A stretch of 64,000 bases of DNA, taken from an uncultured Methanosarcinaceae archaeon (GTDB lineage Archaea > Halobacteriota > Methanosarcinia > Methanosarcinales > Methanosarcinaceae). Positions within the stretch are counted from its first letter, which is position 1. Every line of letters begins with the position of its first letter. A program made the position numbers and the translations under genes. Below, piece after piece: positions 54,471 through 64,000 of this stretch. The DNA lies in contig CAVRJG010000052.1 of assembly GCA_963721455.1 (NCBI GenBank), positions 96,001 to 160,000 on the forward strand, given 5' to 3'. The notes under the pieces are model-generated. The model was not told the origin of the DNA, ran no database searches, and saw nothing but the letters and a program-made list of their open reading frames with translations.

Positions 54471-57400
54471 ATGGGCGAAACGATTGCAAGTGAGGAGATG
54501 CATGAATACTTCAATGAACTTGAAGCTAGGCTTAAAGAAGCGATCGAGCTTGCAAATATGGCTCGAGCCCGCGGAGGAGATCCGAAACCTATTGTAGAAA
54601 TTCCCCTTGCCAAGGATCTTGCAGATAGGGTTGAAAACCTTATAGGAGTAGAGGGAGTCGCTGCAAAGATCCGTGAGCTTGAGATAAAGATGTCCAGGGA
54701 AGAAGCTGCTCTCGAAATCGGGCGCCAGGTCGCAGAAGGAGAAGTGGGAAGCTTCTCCACAAAAAAGGATGCAGTTGAAGCTGCGATCCGGGTTTCCATG
54801 GCTGTCCTTACAGAAGGAGTGGTTGCAGCTCCTATTGAAGGGATTGACAAGGTCGAACTTGGGAAAAACGACGACGGTTCTCAGTATATCAGGATCTTTT
54901 ATTCCGGGCCAATCCGGAGTGCAGGCGGGACAGCCCAGGCCCTTTCCGTGCTTGTCGGCGACTATGTAAGGCGCGGGATCGGAATTGACCGCTACAAACC
55001 AAGGCCAGAGGAAGTAGAGCGCTATGTGGAAGAAATCCTGCTTTACAAGAGAGTTGCAAGCTTGCAATACACGCCTTCTGAAGATGAGATCCGCCTGATA
55101 GTCAGGAATTGTCCTGTCTGTATTGATGGGGACCCAACCGAGGATGCCGAGGTGGAAGGGCACAGAGACCTTGAAAGGATAGGGACAAACCGTGTTAGAG
55201 GGGGAATGTGCCTTGTGCTTGCTGAGGGGCTAGCCCTCAAAGCCCCCAAGGTCAAGAAACATGTTAACAAACTGAATATGGATGGGTGGGAATGGCTGGA
55301 AACGCTCATAGGTGGTGCAAAAAGCGAAGGGGATGAAGAAAATGAGCAGAAAAACAAAATCAAGCCGAAGGATAAGTACATAAAAGACCTGATTGCAGGC
55401 AGGCCTGTTTTTTCCCATCCTTCGAGGCCAGGCGGGTTCAGGCTCCGCTACGGGCGTTCCAGAAATACCTCTTTTGCGGCTGCAGGGGTTAATCCGTCTA
55501 CTATGGCGTTGCTTGACGATTTTATTGCTAACGGGACCCAGCTTAAGGTTGAAAGGCCTGGAAAAGCGGCAGCCATGTCTGCCGTGGACTCGATTGAAGG
55601 GCCGACTGTGCGCCTCTTTTCTGGAGACCTTGTTCGCATAGATGATTTAAAGGAAGCCTATGAACTCCGCTCACAGATAGAGGAAATAGTGGACATCGGG
55701 GAGATCCTGATTAATTACGGCGATTTCCTGGAAAACAATCATCCTCTTATGCCTTCACCGTATGTTTTCGAATGGTGGCATTACGACTATGAAGCAGCCT
55801 GCCCTGAAACGATACCGGAAAGAGAATTGAAAAACCCTTCTGCAGCTCTGGCTCTCAGGCTTGTGGAAGAATTCGATGTCCCTCTGCATCCGAAGTTTAC
55901 CTATCTCTGGCATGACATAAACCGAAATGAATTCGAGGCTCTGAGGAAATTCGTGGCTGATGAGGGAAGTTTTTCGGCTGAAAACGGAATTCTCAGGTTA
56001 CCCCTGAAAGCCTGCCTGGAAAGGGGTATTAAATCCATACTTGAAAAACTTCTTGTACTTCATAGGGTAAAAGATGAGACGATCCTGATTGAAGAATCTC
56101 TTCCTTTTATTTCCTGCCTTGGGCTTGACAGCCGCTTGAAAGAGAAGGCCCAGATGCCTGATACTGATAATATGGTGGATGCTGCAGCTTTTCTGAGCGG
56201 GTTTAAGGTCCTCCCCAGGGCTCCTTCGAGAATAGGGGCAAGGATGGGGAGGCCGGAAAAATCTGACCTGCGGAAGATGTCTCCTGCAGCTCAGGTCCTC
56301 TTCCCGATAAACAATGCCGGAGGAATTACCCGGAACCTTGTATCTGCTTCCGATTACACAGCTTCCATGAATGGAAAGATCGGTGAAATTGAAGTGGAAC
56401 TGGGGCTCAGAGAATGTCCTGTCTGCAGAAAAGAAGCCTATTTCTGGCGATGTGACTGCGGAGAGTATACACATCCAAAACTTTCCTGTCCCCGCTGCAA
56501 GATAGATGTTCGAGGGGCAGAAACCTGTCCTAAATGCGGAAGAAAAGCAACTTCTGTTGCAACTGTTAAACTGGATTTCCGTTCCATTTACAAGCAGGCC
56601 TTTGAGAATGTAGGGGAAAGGGAAAAAACGGATCTAATTAAAGGGGTAAAGCGGCTCATGAATGGGCAGATGACTCCCGAACCCCTCGAAAAAGGAATCC
56701 TGCGGGCAAAACATGACGTCTTTATTTTTAAGGATGGGACTGTCAGGTATGATATGTCAGATATCCCTCTTACGCATATCCGGGCTGATGAACTGGGGAT
56801 TACGGCAGCCAAACTCCGGGAACTCGGTTACGTGGAGGATATTTACGGAAAATCCCTTGAAAGGGATGACCAGATTGTCTGCCTGAAGGTCCAGGACCTT
56901 GTGATTTCTTATGACGGCGGCGAGTACATGCTGCGTACTGCAAAGTACGTCGATGACCTGCTTGTGAAGTATTACAAAGTTGAGCCCTATTACAATGCTG
57001 AAAACATCCAGGATCTGGTAGGCGTACTGCTTATAGGGCTTGCTCCGCATACCTCTGCAGGAGTACTCGGGCGCCTGATAGGGTTCACAAAAGCTTCAGT
57101 CGGTTATGCTCATCCTTTTTTCCATGCTTCAAAACGCCGGAACTGCGATGGGGATGAGGACTGCATAATGCTCCTTATGGATGGGATCCTTAATTTTTCG
57201 AGGGCTTATCTTCCCGATAAAAGAGGGGGAAAAATGGATGCTCCTCTTGTACTCACCACCAGGATCGACCCCAAAGAAGTGGACAAGGAAGCACATAATA
57301 TAGATGTGTCTGCAAGGTACCCTCTTGAGTTTTATAAAGCCACTCAGGAAATCAAAAATCCCACTGAACTTGAAGGCATTATGGATCTGGTTAGCGGTCG

Positions 57401-57911
57401 GCTTGGAACGCCGGAGCAGTATGAGCATTTTATGTTTACACACGATACTACGGATATTGCTGCAGGCCCGCTCAACTCTTCATATAAGACTCTGGGAAGC
57501 ATGATCGATAAAATGGAGGCTCAGCTTTCCCTGGCTAGCAAGATAAGGGCAGTAGATGCTCCTGATGTGGCTGAAAGGGTGCTTAAGTCTCATTTCCTTC
57601 CTGACCTTATCGGAAACCTCCGCTCTTTTTCCAGGCAGCGGATGCGCTGTGTCAAGTGCGCAGAGAAGTTCAGGCGCCCTCCTCTGACCGGCACCTGCCC
57701 TAAATGCGGAGGCAATGTTATACTGACCGTGCATGAGGGATCTGTTCGTAAATATCTTGAAATTTCAAAAGAGATTGGGGAAAGATACGGAGTTTCCAGC
57801 TACACCCGACAAAGGGTCGAACTCCTGGATAAAGATATCTGTTCTCTGTTCGAAAATCACAGGGTTAAACAACTGGGACTTTCGGATTTCATGTCTGGAG
57901 CTCCGCGCTGA
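54471..57911 (+). CDS. polC: DNA polymerase D large subunit DP2
   Basis: GPIRSAGGT, catalytic RRNCDGDED, Zn fingers; no intein. Confidence 0.97.
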   Translation: MGETIASEEMHEYFNELEARLKEAIELANMARARGGDPKPIVEIPLAKDLADRVENLIGVEGVAAKIRELEIKMSREEAALEIGRQVAEGEVGSFSTKKDAVEAAIRVSMAVLTEGVVAAPIEGIDKVELGKNDDGSQYIRIFYSGPIRSAGGTAQALSVLVGDYVRRGIGIDRYKPRPEEVERYVEEILLYKRVASLQYTPSEDEIRLIVRNCPVCIDGDPTEDAEVEGHRDLERIGTNRVRGGMCLVLAEGLALKAPKVKKHVNKLNMDGWEWLETLIGGAKSEGDEENEQKNKIKPKDKYIKDLIAGRPVFSHPSRPGGFRLRYGRSRNTSFAAAGVNPSTMALLDDFIANGTQLKVERPGKAAAMSAVDSIEGPTVRLFSGDLVRIDDLKEAYELRSQIEEIVDIGEILINYGDFLENNHPLMPSPYVFEWWHYDYEAACPETIPERELKNPSAALALRLVEEFDVPLHPKFTYLWHDINRNEFEALRKFVADEGSFSAENGILRLPLKACLERGIKSILEKLLVLHRVKDETILIEESLPFISCLGLDSRLKEKAQMPDTDNMVDAAAFLSGFKVLPRAPSRIGARMGRPEKSDLRKMSPAAQVLFPINNAGGITRNLVSASDYTASMNGKIGEIEVELGLRECPVCRKEAYFWRCDCGEYTHPKLSCPRCKIDVRGAETCPKCGRKATSVATVKLDFRSIYKQAFENVGEREKTDLIKGVKRLMNGQMTPEPLEKGILRAKHDVFIFKDGTVRYDMSDIPLTHIRADELGITAAKLRELGYVEDIYGKSLERDDQIVCLKVQDLVISYDGGEYMLRTAKYVDDLLVKYYKVEPYYNAENIQDLVGVLLIGLAPHTSAGVLGRLIGFTKASVGYAHPFFHASKRRNCDGDEDCIMLLMDGILNFSRAYLPDKRGGKMDAPLVLTTRIDPKEVDKEAHNIDVSARYPLEFYKATQEIKNPTELEGIMDLVSGRLGTPEQYEHFMFTHDTTDIAAGPLNSSYKTLGSMIDKMEAQLSLASKIRAVDAPDVAERVLKSHFLPDLIGNLRSFSRQRMRCVKCAEKFRRPPLTGTCPKCGGNVILTVHEGSVRKYLEISKEIGERYGVSSYTRQRVELLDKDICSLFENHRVKQLGLSDFMSGAPR

Positions 57912-58277
57912 AAAAAGAACAAAATGAAATATTAATATTAAAAAAAAATTTATCATGATGGGCAGGGAGGGGATAGGGCAGTTTGAAAGCCCGAAGATAT
58001 AGAAGAATTTGTTAATTAATTCTCTAACCTTACTATGTCGAGCCCTACAATTCCTTTAGAAAACGATCATTTTCAGCTTTAATTTTCCCTTGCAGGCGAA
58101 ATACTGTCCGATTTGAACTGACACTTTTCTATATATTTCACCGGTAATTATATAATTATGGTATTATTTATGTAGTATCTGTCTGATTATCTGTACTTCC
58201 TTATGTGGCTATTTTTGAATAAAGTATGGGCTTTTCTTAGATCTGGATTGAAAGTTTTTTTCGTTTATCATTCGATT

Positions 58278-59513
58278 TTATTCCAGAGGCAGCCCAAGTG
58301 AGTTGATTTGCTGTATAAGCTCAGTAAAGTTTTCGATTTCCAGTTCCAGAACTTCCTCTCTCGTCATGCCTATTGACATTTCCCCATCTACGGAGAGGTA
58401 CTCCGGGCCCCTGCGAACAAGCCTGTCAACCCCGTCTCTTTTAAGGGTTTCTTTAACTTCCATATCATGGACAAAGGCCCTTCCAGGAATAAAAACAGTT
58501 TCATTCACCTCCGATAGATCCAGCGTTTTGAAGTCTTCCATCGTAATCAGGCATCCGATGTCCTTTTTTGGGGAAACTACATTTACAGAACCCCCAAGGG
58601 TCTCAAAGATTTCCCTCAATCTTGGGGCTGCTATCTGGCCTGTAATTACAGTGGCTTTTTTTGTAATTTTCGGAAGCTTTGCAAGGGCTTCGGGGACATT
58701 CCGGATGGCAAAAGGAGAACCAATCAAAGGGTCTTCAAGTGGGGTTCCCGTGACCCTCATGGAAGGATGTTTTGCTGCAGAACTGCGTACCAGCTCTGTG
58801 AAATCCTGAACACTATGCGGAGTTATGCCCGGAATGATAGGGGCATTGTTCAGGATCAGTCCGTTTTCCCGGAAGTTTGCAAACCTCATCAAAATAGTCC
58901 CCTTCGCACCCATGATCTCCAGATCACTCAGAGTTCTATCAAGGACTTCTCCGTCATTTACTCCAGGAATTAGTACGATTGCCCCGTATACGTCACAATG
59001 ATTACAGAAGTCTTTAAGAACCTGCAAAGAAGCCTCTGGCTCCGGGTCTTTCATATATTCAGCTCTTAAAGCCGGATCAGTTGCAAAGACTGTAAAACTC
59101 ACCTCTGTGACTCCATGGTCTATATAGAAAAGAGCATCTTCAGGCTTGCTGAAGCCTTTTCCGCTTGTATACCCCAGGTGTATGGGAGTCCTGAACTGAG
59201 ACAGGAAAGCGACAAGATTTTTCAGTTCAGGGTAGCAGCTTAAATCGCCTCCTCCGCTGATAGTGAATTTTCCTATTTCTCCACTTGCGAAAGAGAGCTT
59301 TCTTGCAGTTTCTTCCAGTACCATCTGAAGAGGTTTGAAGCCTGAGTATGATTCCTTTACACTGCGGGTACAATAGTCACATCCCTTTTTGAAAGGAAGA
59401 CAGTACTTGCAGCCAAGGGGCTGAGTATCTTTAACCTTTTTGAAATAGCAATATTTGCAAAAGCCTCTGCAGTCTGCCCCGGGATTTCCGCCTACGTCAA
59501 CAACTACTTCCAT
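58278..59513 (-). CDS. mmp10: Methanogenesis marker protein 10, radical SAM MCR arginine methyltransferase
   Basis: [41 protein letters not shown]-like motif; divergent from mcrB. Confidence 0.93.
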   Translation of the reverse strand: MEVVVDVGGNPGADCRGFCKYCYFKKVKDTQPLGCKYCLPFKKGCDYCTRSVKESYSGFKPLQMVLEETARKLSFASGEIGKFTISGGGDLSCYPELKNLVAFLSQFRTPIHLGYTSGKGFSKPEDALFYIDHGVTEVSFTVFATDPALRAEYMKDPEPEASLQVLKDFCNHCDVYGAIVLIPGVNDGEVLDRTLSDLEIMGAKGTILMRFANFRENGLILNNAPIIPGITPHSVQDFTELVRSSAAKHPSMRVTGTPLEDPLIGSPFAIRNVPEALAKLPKITKKATVITGQIAAPRLREIFETLGGSVNVVSPKKDIGCLITMEDFKTLDLSEVNETVFIPGRAFVHDMEVKETLKRDGVDRLVRRGPEYLSVDGEMSIGMTREEVLELEIENFTELIQQINSLGLPLE

Positions 59514-59780
59514 ATTAAACTTTCGTATTACTAGGATATTACTAAATCTTTTTGGTATGATTCTCAGGTGACAAATCAACATATGGAAAAATTTACAGTC
59601 ATTTTCTCAGGTTCTTAAAAAATATTTTTATTAAGTATCTTTGTATATTTTTGGCGGCTTTAAGTAACGTTGAAATTATATTTCTCTATTGATACCGTTT
59701 TTTTATATAATCATACAAAAATAGATTTCACATTAATAAAAACAATTTTAAAAAAATACATGAATTTATCTGGGGGAGAA

Positions 59781-59800
59781 CACAAAAGATTTAAGTACCT
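59781..59800 (+). promoter_or_regulatory. mcrB promoter BRE/TATA
   Basis: CACAAAAGA-TTTAAGTA about 140 bp upstream of mcrB; resembles the Methanosarcina PmcrB sequence. Confidence 0.75.
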
Positions 59801-59932
59801 TCTAAACGAATGAGATTTCATTGGGAAAGTGGACACTTAAAAACGATACGGTACTTGATTTATTGAGTGCAAAGTCACTCGAATAGGTGACCAGTCCCAA
59901 AATGATTTTAATAAATTAAGGAGGAAATTTAA

Positions 59933-61237
59933 GTGTCTGACACAGTAGACATCTACGACGACAGAGGAAAACTGCTCGAGAGCAAAGTCGACATCATGAA
60001 CCTTGCTCCAACAAGAAACGCAGCAATTAAAAAAATTATCTTGGACACCAAGAGGTCTGTTGCAATCTCCCTCGGAGGTATTCAGGGCGCACTTGCCAGC
60101 GGTAAGATGGGCGGAAAGGGCCGTCAGATCTTAGGTCGTGGACTTAACTACGATATCGTAGGCAATGTTGATGCCATTGCAGCAAGCGTTAAGAGTCTTA
60201 TCCAGGTCGATGAAGGCGACGACTCAAATGTAAAGATCCTAAAAGGCGGAAAGAGCCTGCTCGTCCAGGTCCCAGAGTCCAGGATGATTGCCGGTGCCGA
60301 TTACATGTCCGCAACCACAGTCGGTGCAGCAGCAGTCACCCAGACGATTCTGGATATGTTCAAGACCGATATGTATGATGCACCCATAGTGAAGGGCGCT
60401 GTCTGGGGAAGCTATCCGCAGACAATGGACCTCATGGGCGGAAACGTTGCAGGTATCCTGAGCATTCCCCAGAACAACGAAGGTCTCGGCTTCTCCCTCA
60501 GGAACATCATGGCAAACCACGTTGCAGCGATCACCAACCGCTCTGCAATGAACTCAGCTGCTCTCTCTTCTATCTATGAGCAGGCTGGTATCTTCGAGAT
60601 GGGTGGCGCAGTCGGTATGTTCGAGAGGCATCAGCTCCTCGGTCTCGCATGCCAGGGTCTCAACGCCAACAATGTCGTATATGACGTTGTAAAGGAAAAC
60701 GGCAAGAATGGTACCATTGGAACCGTTATCCAGTCCATCGTTGGCAGGGCAATTGAAGACGGCGTTATTTCCGTTGACAAGACAGCTCCCTCCGGATACA
60801 AATTCTACAAGGCAAATGACGTCCCCATGTGGAACGCCTATGCAGCAGCCGGTACACTTGCAGCCACTCTCGTGAACTGTGGTGCAGGACGTGCAGCTCA
60901 GAACGTTTCCTCAACACTTCTCTACTTCAACGACATACTTGAGAAGGAAACCGGTCTCCCAGGATGCGACTACGGTAAAGTACAGGGTGTCGCAGTAGGG
61001 TTCTCATTCTTCAGCCACTCCATTTATGGTGGCGGTGGACCTGGTGTCTTCAACGGTAACCACGTCGTTACCAGGCACTCCAGAGGATTTGCAATCCCCT
61101 GCGTATGCGCAGCAGTAGCCCTTGATGCAGGTACCCAGATGTTCACAATTGAATCAACATCCGGCCTCATTGGCGATGTGTTTGGTGGAATCAAGGAATT
61201 CCGCGAGCCTATTAAGGCAGTTGCAGGAGCGCTCTAA
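59933..61237 (+). CDS. mcrB: Methyl-coenzyme M reductase beta subunit
   Basis: [33 protein letters not shown]. Confidence 0.98.
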   Translation: MSDTVDIYDDRGKLLESKVDIMNLAPTRNAAIKKIILDTKRSVAISLGGIQGALASGKMGGKGRQILGRGLNYDIVGNVDAIAASVKSLIQVDEGDDSNVKILKGGKSLLVQVPESRMIAGADYMSATTVGAAAVTQTILDMFKTDMYDAPIVKGAVWGSYPQTMDLMGGNVAGILSIPQNNEGLGFSLRNIMANHVAAITNRSAMNSAALSSIYEQAGIFEMGGAVGMFERHQLLGLACQGLNANNVVYDVVKENGKNGTIGTVIQSIVGRAIEDGVISVDKTAPSGYKFYKANDVPMWNAYAAAGTLAATLVNCGAGRAAQNVSSTLLYFNDILEKETGLPGCDYGKVQGVAVGFSFFSHSIYGGGGPGVFNGNHVVTRHSRGFAIPCVCAAVALDAGTQMFTIESTSGLIGDVFGGIKEFREPIKAVAGAL

Positions 61238-61261
61238 ACATATAACTCGAAAGGTCTAACG

Positions 61262-61765
61262 ATGTCAGACTCTGCTTCAAATAAGGAAGATTCTATTCAA
61301 ATCGAAATCTTTCCCAGTAGAATCCTGTCTCCTGAAACAGCTCAGAAGCTCATATCTGAGATCTACAAGGTTGACGGGGTAATCCGCGTTTTGGTGCAAG
61401 GCAACAGATTGCCTGAAAGGGTATCTGCAGGCCCCGGCACCGGGGAAAAAGTGGAACATCCACTACGAAAGCCTATTCAGATTGGAGATCAGGTTATTGA
61501 ATTGAAGATCTGTGCAGGCAGGATCAGGATTGAACTTTCAAACGCCGAAGCTAAAGAAAATATCAGGGAACTGTGCGAAAAACTGCTCCCCTTTCCCTTT
61601 GAATTTAGGGAAGGACACTTTTTCCGGAAAAAGCCTACAGTAACTGACTATGCAAAACTTGGTCCTGAAGCAGACCCTCGCTTGCTTGGTATGGTAGATC
61701 CGAAAGCTAAGACAAATCAACTCGTCTTCATCGAGAAGCAAGAGAAAATGGATAAAGATGAGTGA
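61262..61765 (+). CDS. mcrD: MCR operon protein D
   Basis: IEIFP.R.L.PET, PTVTDYAK.G, LLGMVDP. Confidence 0.95.
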   Translation: MSDSASNKEDSIQIEIFPSRILSPETAQKLISEIYKVDGVIRVLVQGNRLPERVSAGPGTGEKVEHPLRKPIQIGDQVIELKICAGRIRIELSNAEAKENIRELCEKLLPFPFEFREGHFFRKKPTVTDYAKLGPEADPRLLGMVDPKAKTNQLVFIEKQEKMDKDE

Positions 61766-61771
61766 AAAAGT

Positions 61772-62392
61772 ATGATGATCGATCGGGAAACGCAGGTAGT
61801 TGACTGCAGATGTGGTGCGGGACTTGGCAGAGGAGGAGGACTTGCTCAGCGAGGCACTCTCTCGGAAGCCGGCCGTGCTGAGGTCGTAGCCATTGCCATG
61901 AGTCCCGGCCAGAGACACATCACAAAACCGGTGTGTGAGATCACATACGGCATGAGGAAAGAAAACATTCAGGTCAGTGTGCTGGTACTCTATTCAGGTT
62001 CCGGAATCCCTGAATCAGGTATGAGGACCGGATCTTTTGTATTGAGTCCAGTAGAAGTCTCACAGATTGAAATGCACAAACTGGCTGTTATTCACCTCGG
62101 AAATATCAAGGACCATGTAGTTAGGAAAGCCAGGGAAATCTTGAGCCAGGCTAATATTCCGGCAATTGTAGTCAGTCAGATCCCGGTAGATTTTGAAGAT
62201 TTTGCAGAAGCAGGGATAAAGACGAGATTAGTGATGCCAAGGGATGAAAATATTCGTACGAAAGGAATTGTGATGGATATGGTGAGTGGAGTTACACGCG
62301 GTGATTCCTGTCCCAGGGATAAACTAAATTCAATCGTTAAATACGTCAAGACTACATTAGACCAGTTAGAAGATCACAAAGGAGTTGCATGA
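61772..62392 (+). CDS. mcrC: MCR operon protein C
   Basis: VVDCR..GLG.GGGLAQRGT, HITKPVCEIT. Confidence 0.95.
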   Translation: MMIDRETQVVDCRCGAGLGRGGGLAQRGTLSEAGRAEVVAIAMSPGQRHITKPVCEITYGMRKENIQVSVLVLYSGSGIPESGMRTGSFVLSPVEVSQIEMHKLAVIHLGNIKDHVVRKAREILSQANIPAIVVSQIPVDFEDFAEAGIKTRLVMPRDENIRTKGIVMDMVSGVTRGDSCPRDKLNSIVKYVKTTLDQLEDHKGVA

Positions 62393-62393
62393 G

Positions 62394-63140
62394 ATGGCTT
62401 ACAAAGCACAATTTTATCCAGGCGCAACATCAGTTGGCGTTAACAGAAGAAAGCATATGTCTGGGAAACTTGAGAAACTCAGGGAAATCTCAGATGAAGA
62501 CTTAACTGCAATCCTCGGACACCGTGCCCCAGGGAGCGACTACCCGAGCACCCACCCACCACTTGCAGAGATGGGAGAGCCCGCATGCTCGACCCGTGAG
62601 ATCGTTGAAGCTACACCCGGTGCAAAGGCAGGTGACAGGGTCAGGTACGTTCAGTTCGCTGACTCCATGTACAACGCGCCTGCAACCCCGTACTTCAGAT
62701 CATACTTTGCAGCAATAAACTTCAGAGGCGTAGACCCAGGTACCCTTTCCGGTCGTCAGATCGTTGAAGCCCGTGAAAGAGACATGGAAAAGTGCGCAAA
62801 GGTCCAGCTGGAAACCGAAATGAGCTGCCCTGCACTTTCCGGTATGCGCGGTGCAACAGTTCACGGTCACTCCGTCCGTCTCCAGGAAGACGGTGTAATG
62901 TTCGACATGGTCGACAGGAGAAGACTCGAAGGCGGCACTATCATTATGGACAAGGACCAGGTTGCAATTCCTCTCGACAGGAAAGTAGACCTCGGCAAGC
63001 CTATGTCCAGTGAAGAAGCTGCAAAGAGGACCACCATTTACCGTGTGGACAATGTAGCCTTCAGGGCCGATGCAGAGGTCATTGAATGGGTACAGAGAGT
63101 ATTCGATGAGAGAACAATATACGGATTCCAGCCGAAATGA
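62394..63140 (+). CDS. mcrG: Methyl-coenzyme M reductase gamma subunit
   Basis: [28 protein letters not shown]. Confidence 0.98.
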   Translation: MAYKAQFYPGATSVGVNRRKHMSGKLEKLREISDEDLTAILGHRAPGSDYPSTHPPLAEMGEPACSTREIVEATPGAKAGDRVRYVQFADSMYNAPATPYFRSYFAAINFRGVDPGTLSGRQIVEARERDMEKCAKVQLETEMSCPALSGMRGATVHGHSVRLQEDGVMFDMVDRRRLEGGTIIMDKDQVAIPLDRKVDLGKPMSSEEAAKRTTIYRVDNVAFRADAEVIEWVQRVFDERTIYGFQPK

Positions 63141-63150
63141 GGTGACCACA

Positions 63151-64000
63151 ATGGCAGCAGATATTTTCTCAAAATTCAAAAAGTCAATGGAAGTTAAGTT
63201 CACACAGGAATTTGGTACAAACAAGCAGTCTACCACGGACATCACCGGCAAGACAGAAAAATTCCTGAGGCTTGGGCCTGAGCAGGACCCCCGAAAGGTC
63301 GAAATGATTAAGGCCGGAAAGGAAATCGCAGAGAAAAGAGGTATTGCATTCTACAACCCAATGATGCACTCCGGTGCTCCACTCGGTCAGCGTGCAATTA
63401 CTCCTTACGTTATCTCTGGCACTGATATTGTTGCAGAACCTGACGACCTCCACTATGTAAACAACGCTGCAATGCAGCAGATGTGGGATGACATCAGGAG
63501 AACCTGTATTGTCGGTCTTGACCTTGCTCACGAGACCCTTGAGAAGAGGTTGGGTAAGGAAGTTACCCCTGAAACCATCAACCACTACCTTGAAGTCCTC
63601 AACCACGCCATGCCCGGTGCAGCAGTGGTTCAGGAAATGATGGTCGAGACACACCCAGCACTTGTTGACGACTGTTACGTCAAAATCTTCACAGGCGATG
63701 ACGAGCTTGCAGACGAAATCGACAAGCAGTTCTTGATCGACATCAACAAGGAGTTCAATTCAGAACAGGCAGCCCAGATTAAGGCCTCCATCGGCAAGAC
63801 CTCCTGGCAGGCAATCCACATCCCAACAATTGTCTCCAGAACAACTGACGGTGCACAGACCTCCAGATGGGCAGCCATGCAGATCGGTATGTCCTTCATC
63901 TCCGCATACTCAATGTGCGCCGGTGAAGCAGCAGTCGCTGACCTGTCCTTCGCTGCAAAGCACGCAGCTCTCGTCTCCATGGGTGAAATGCTCCCCGCAA
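63151..64000 (+). CDS. mcrA: Methyl-coenzyme M reductase alpha subunit, 3'-truncated by the window
   Basis: ATG 63151 after GAGGTGA; [42 protein letters not shown]; absent from the ORF track because it has no stop in the window. Confidence 0.98.
   Translation, partial: MAADIFSKFKKSMEVKFTQEFGTNKQSTTDITGKTEKFLRLGPEQDPRKVEMIKAGKEIAEKRGIAFYNPMMHSGAPLGQRAITPYVISGTDIVAEPDDLHYVNNAAMQQMWDDIRRTCIVGLDLAHETLEKRLGKEVTPETINHYLEVLNHAMPGAAVVQEMMVETHPALVDDCYVKIFTGDDELADEIDKQFLIDINKEFNSEQAAQIKASIGKTSWQAIHIPTIVSRTTDGAQTSRWAAMQIGMSFISAYSMCAGEAAVADLSFAAKHAALVSMGEMLPA

Noticed and set aside
54471-57911. Intein in PolD DP2
   Set aside because: Length (1146 aa) and the uninterrupted RRNCDGDED motif show no insertion

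Overview
A 64-kb, mostly core-genome segment of a Methanosarcina chromosome; the genus call rests on the 16S/23S rRNA, the mcrBDCGA operon with divergent mmp10, and gene order. In order it carries: dnaG (3' part), UPF0058, rimI, arcS, a GlcD/GlcF-like oxidoreductase pair, two small Cys-rich paralogs, a YgiQ radical SAM, an MBL hydrolase, tatD, leuA, and a 16S-23S-5S operon with no spacer tRNA. An AT-rich accessory patch follows, with a frameshifted TM-STAND NTPase-TPR gene, a probable DUF536 remnant and an orphan. Then come YIP1, two tRNA-Cys, nth, fae-hps, tpiA, a HEAT-repeat protein, the archaeal aroA'-aroB'-aroD-aroE-tyrA operon, guaAA, srp54, two initiator tRNA-Met, a chagasin lipoprotein, an Fmt-like formyltransferase, a DUF1724 regulator, a PRTase and a Zn-ribbon protein. 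The rest is an HSR1-like-cdc48-hsp20-hsp20 heat-shock operon, a 1.5-kb non-coding gap with a structured GC-rich element, a frameshifted DUF1646 gene, a metallophosphoesterase, a hydantoinase pseudogene, form III RuBisCO, sua5, PolD DP2, mmp10 and mcrBDCG-mcrA (truncated by the window). No IS, integrase, cas gene or true CRISPR array was seen. The best leads are (1) the NLR-like TM-STAND-TPR gene with near-identical repeats, (2) a switch-like structured RNA or small ORF upstream of DUF1646, (3) a PheT FDX-ACB-like domain on TyrA, and (4) an HSR1-type operator. All family calls are by eye from motifs, not from database searches.
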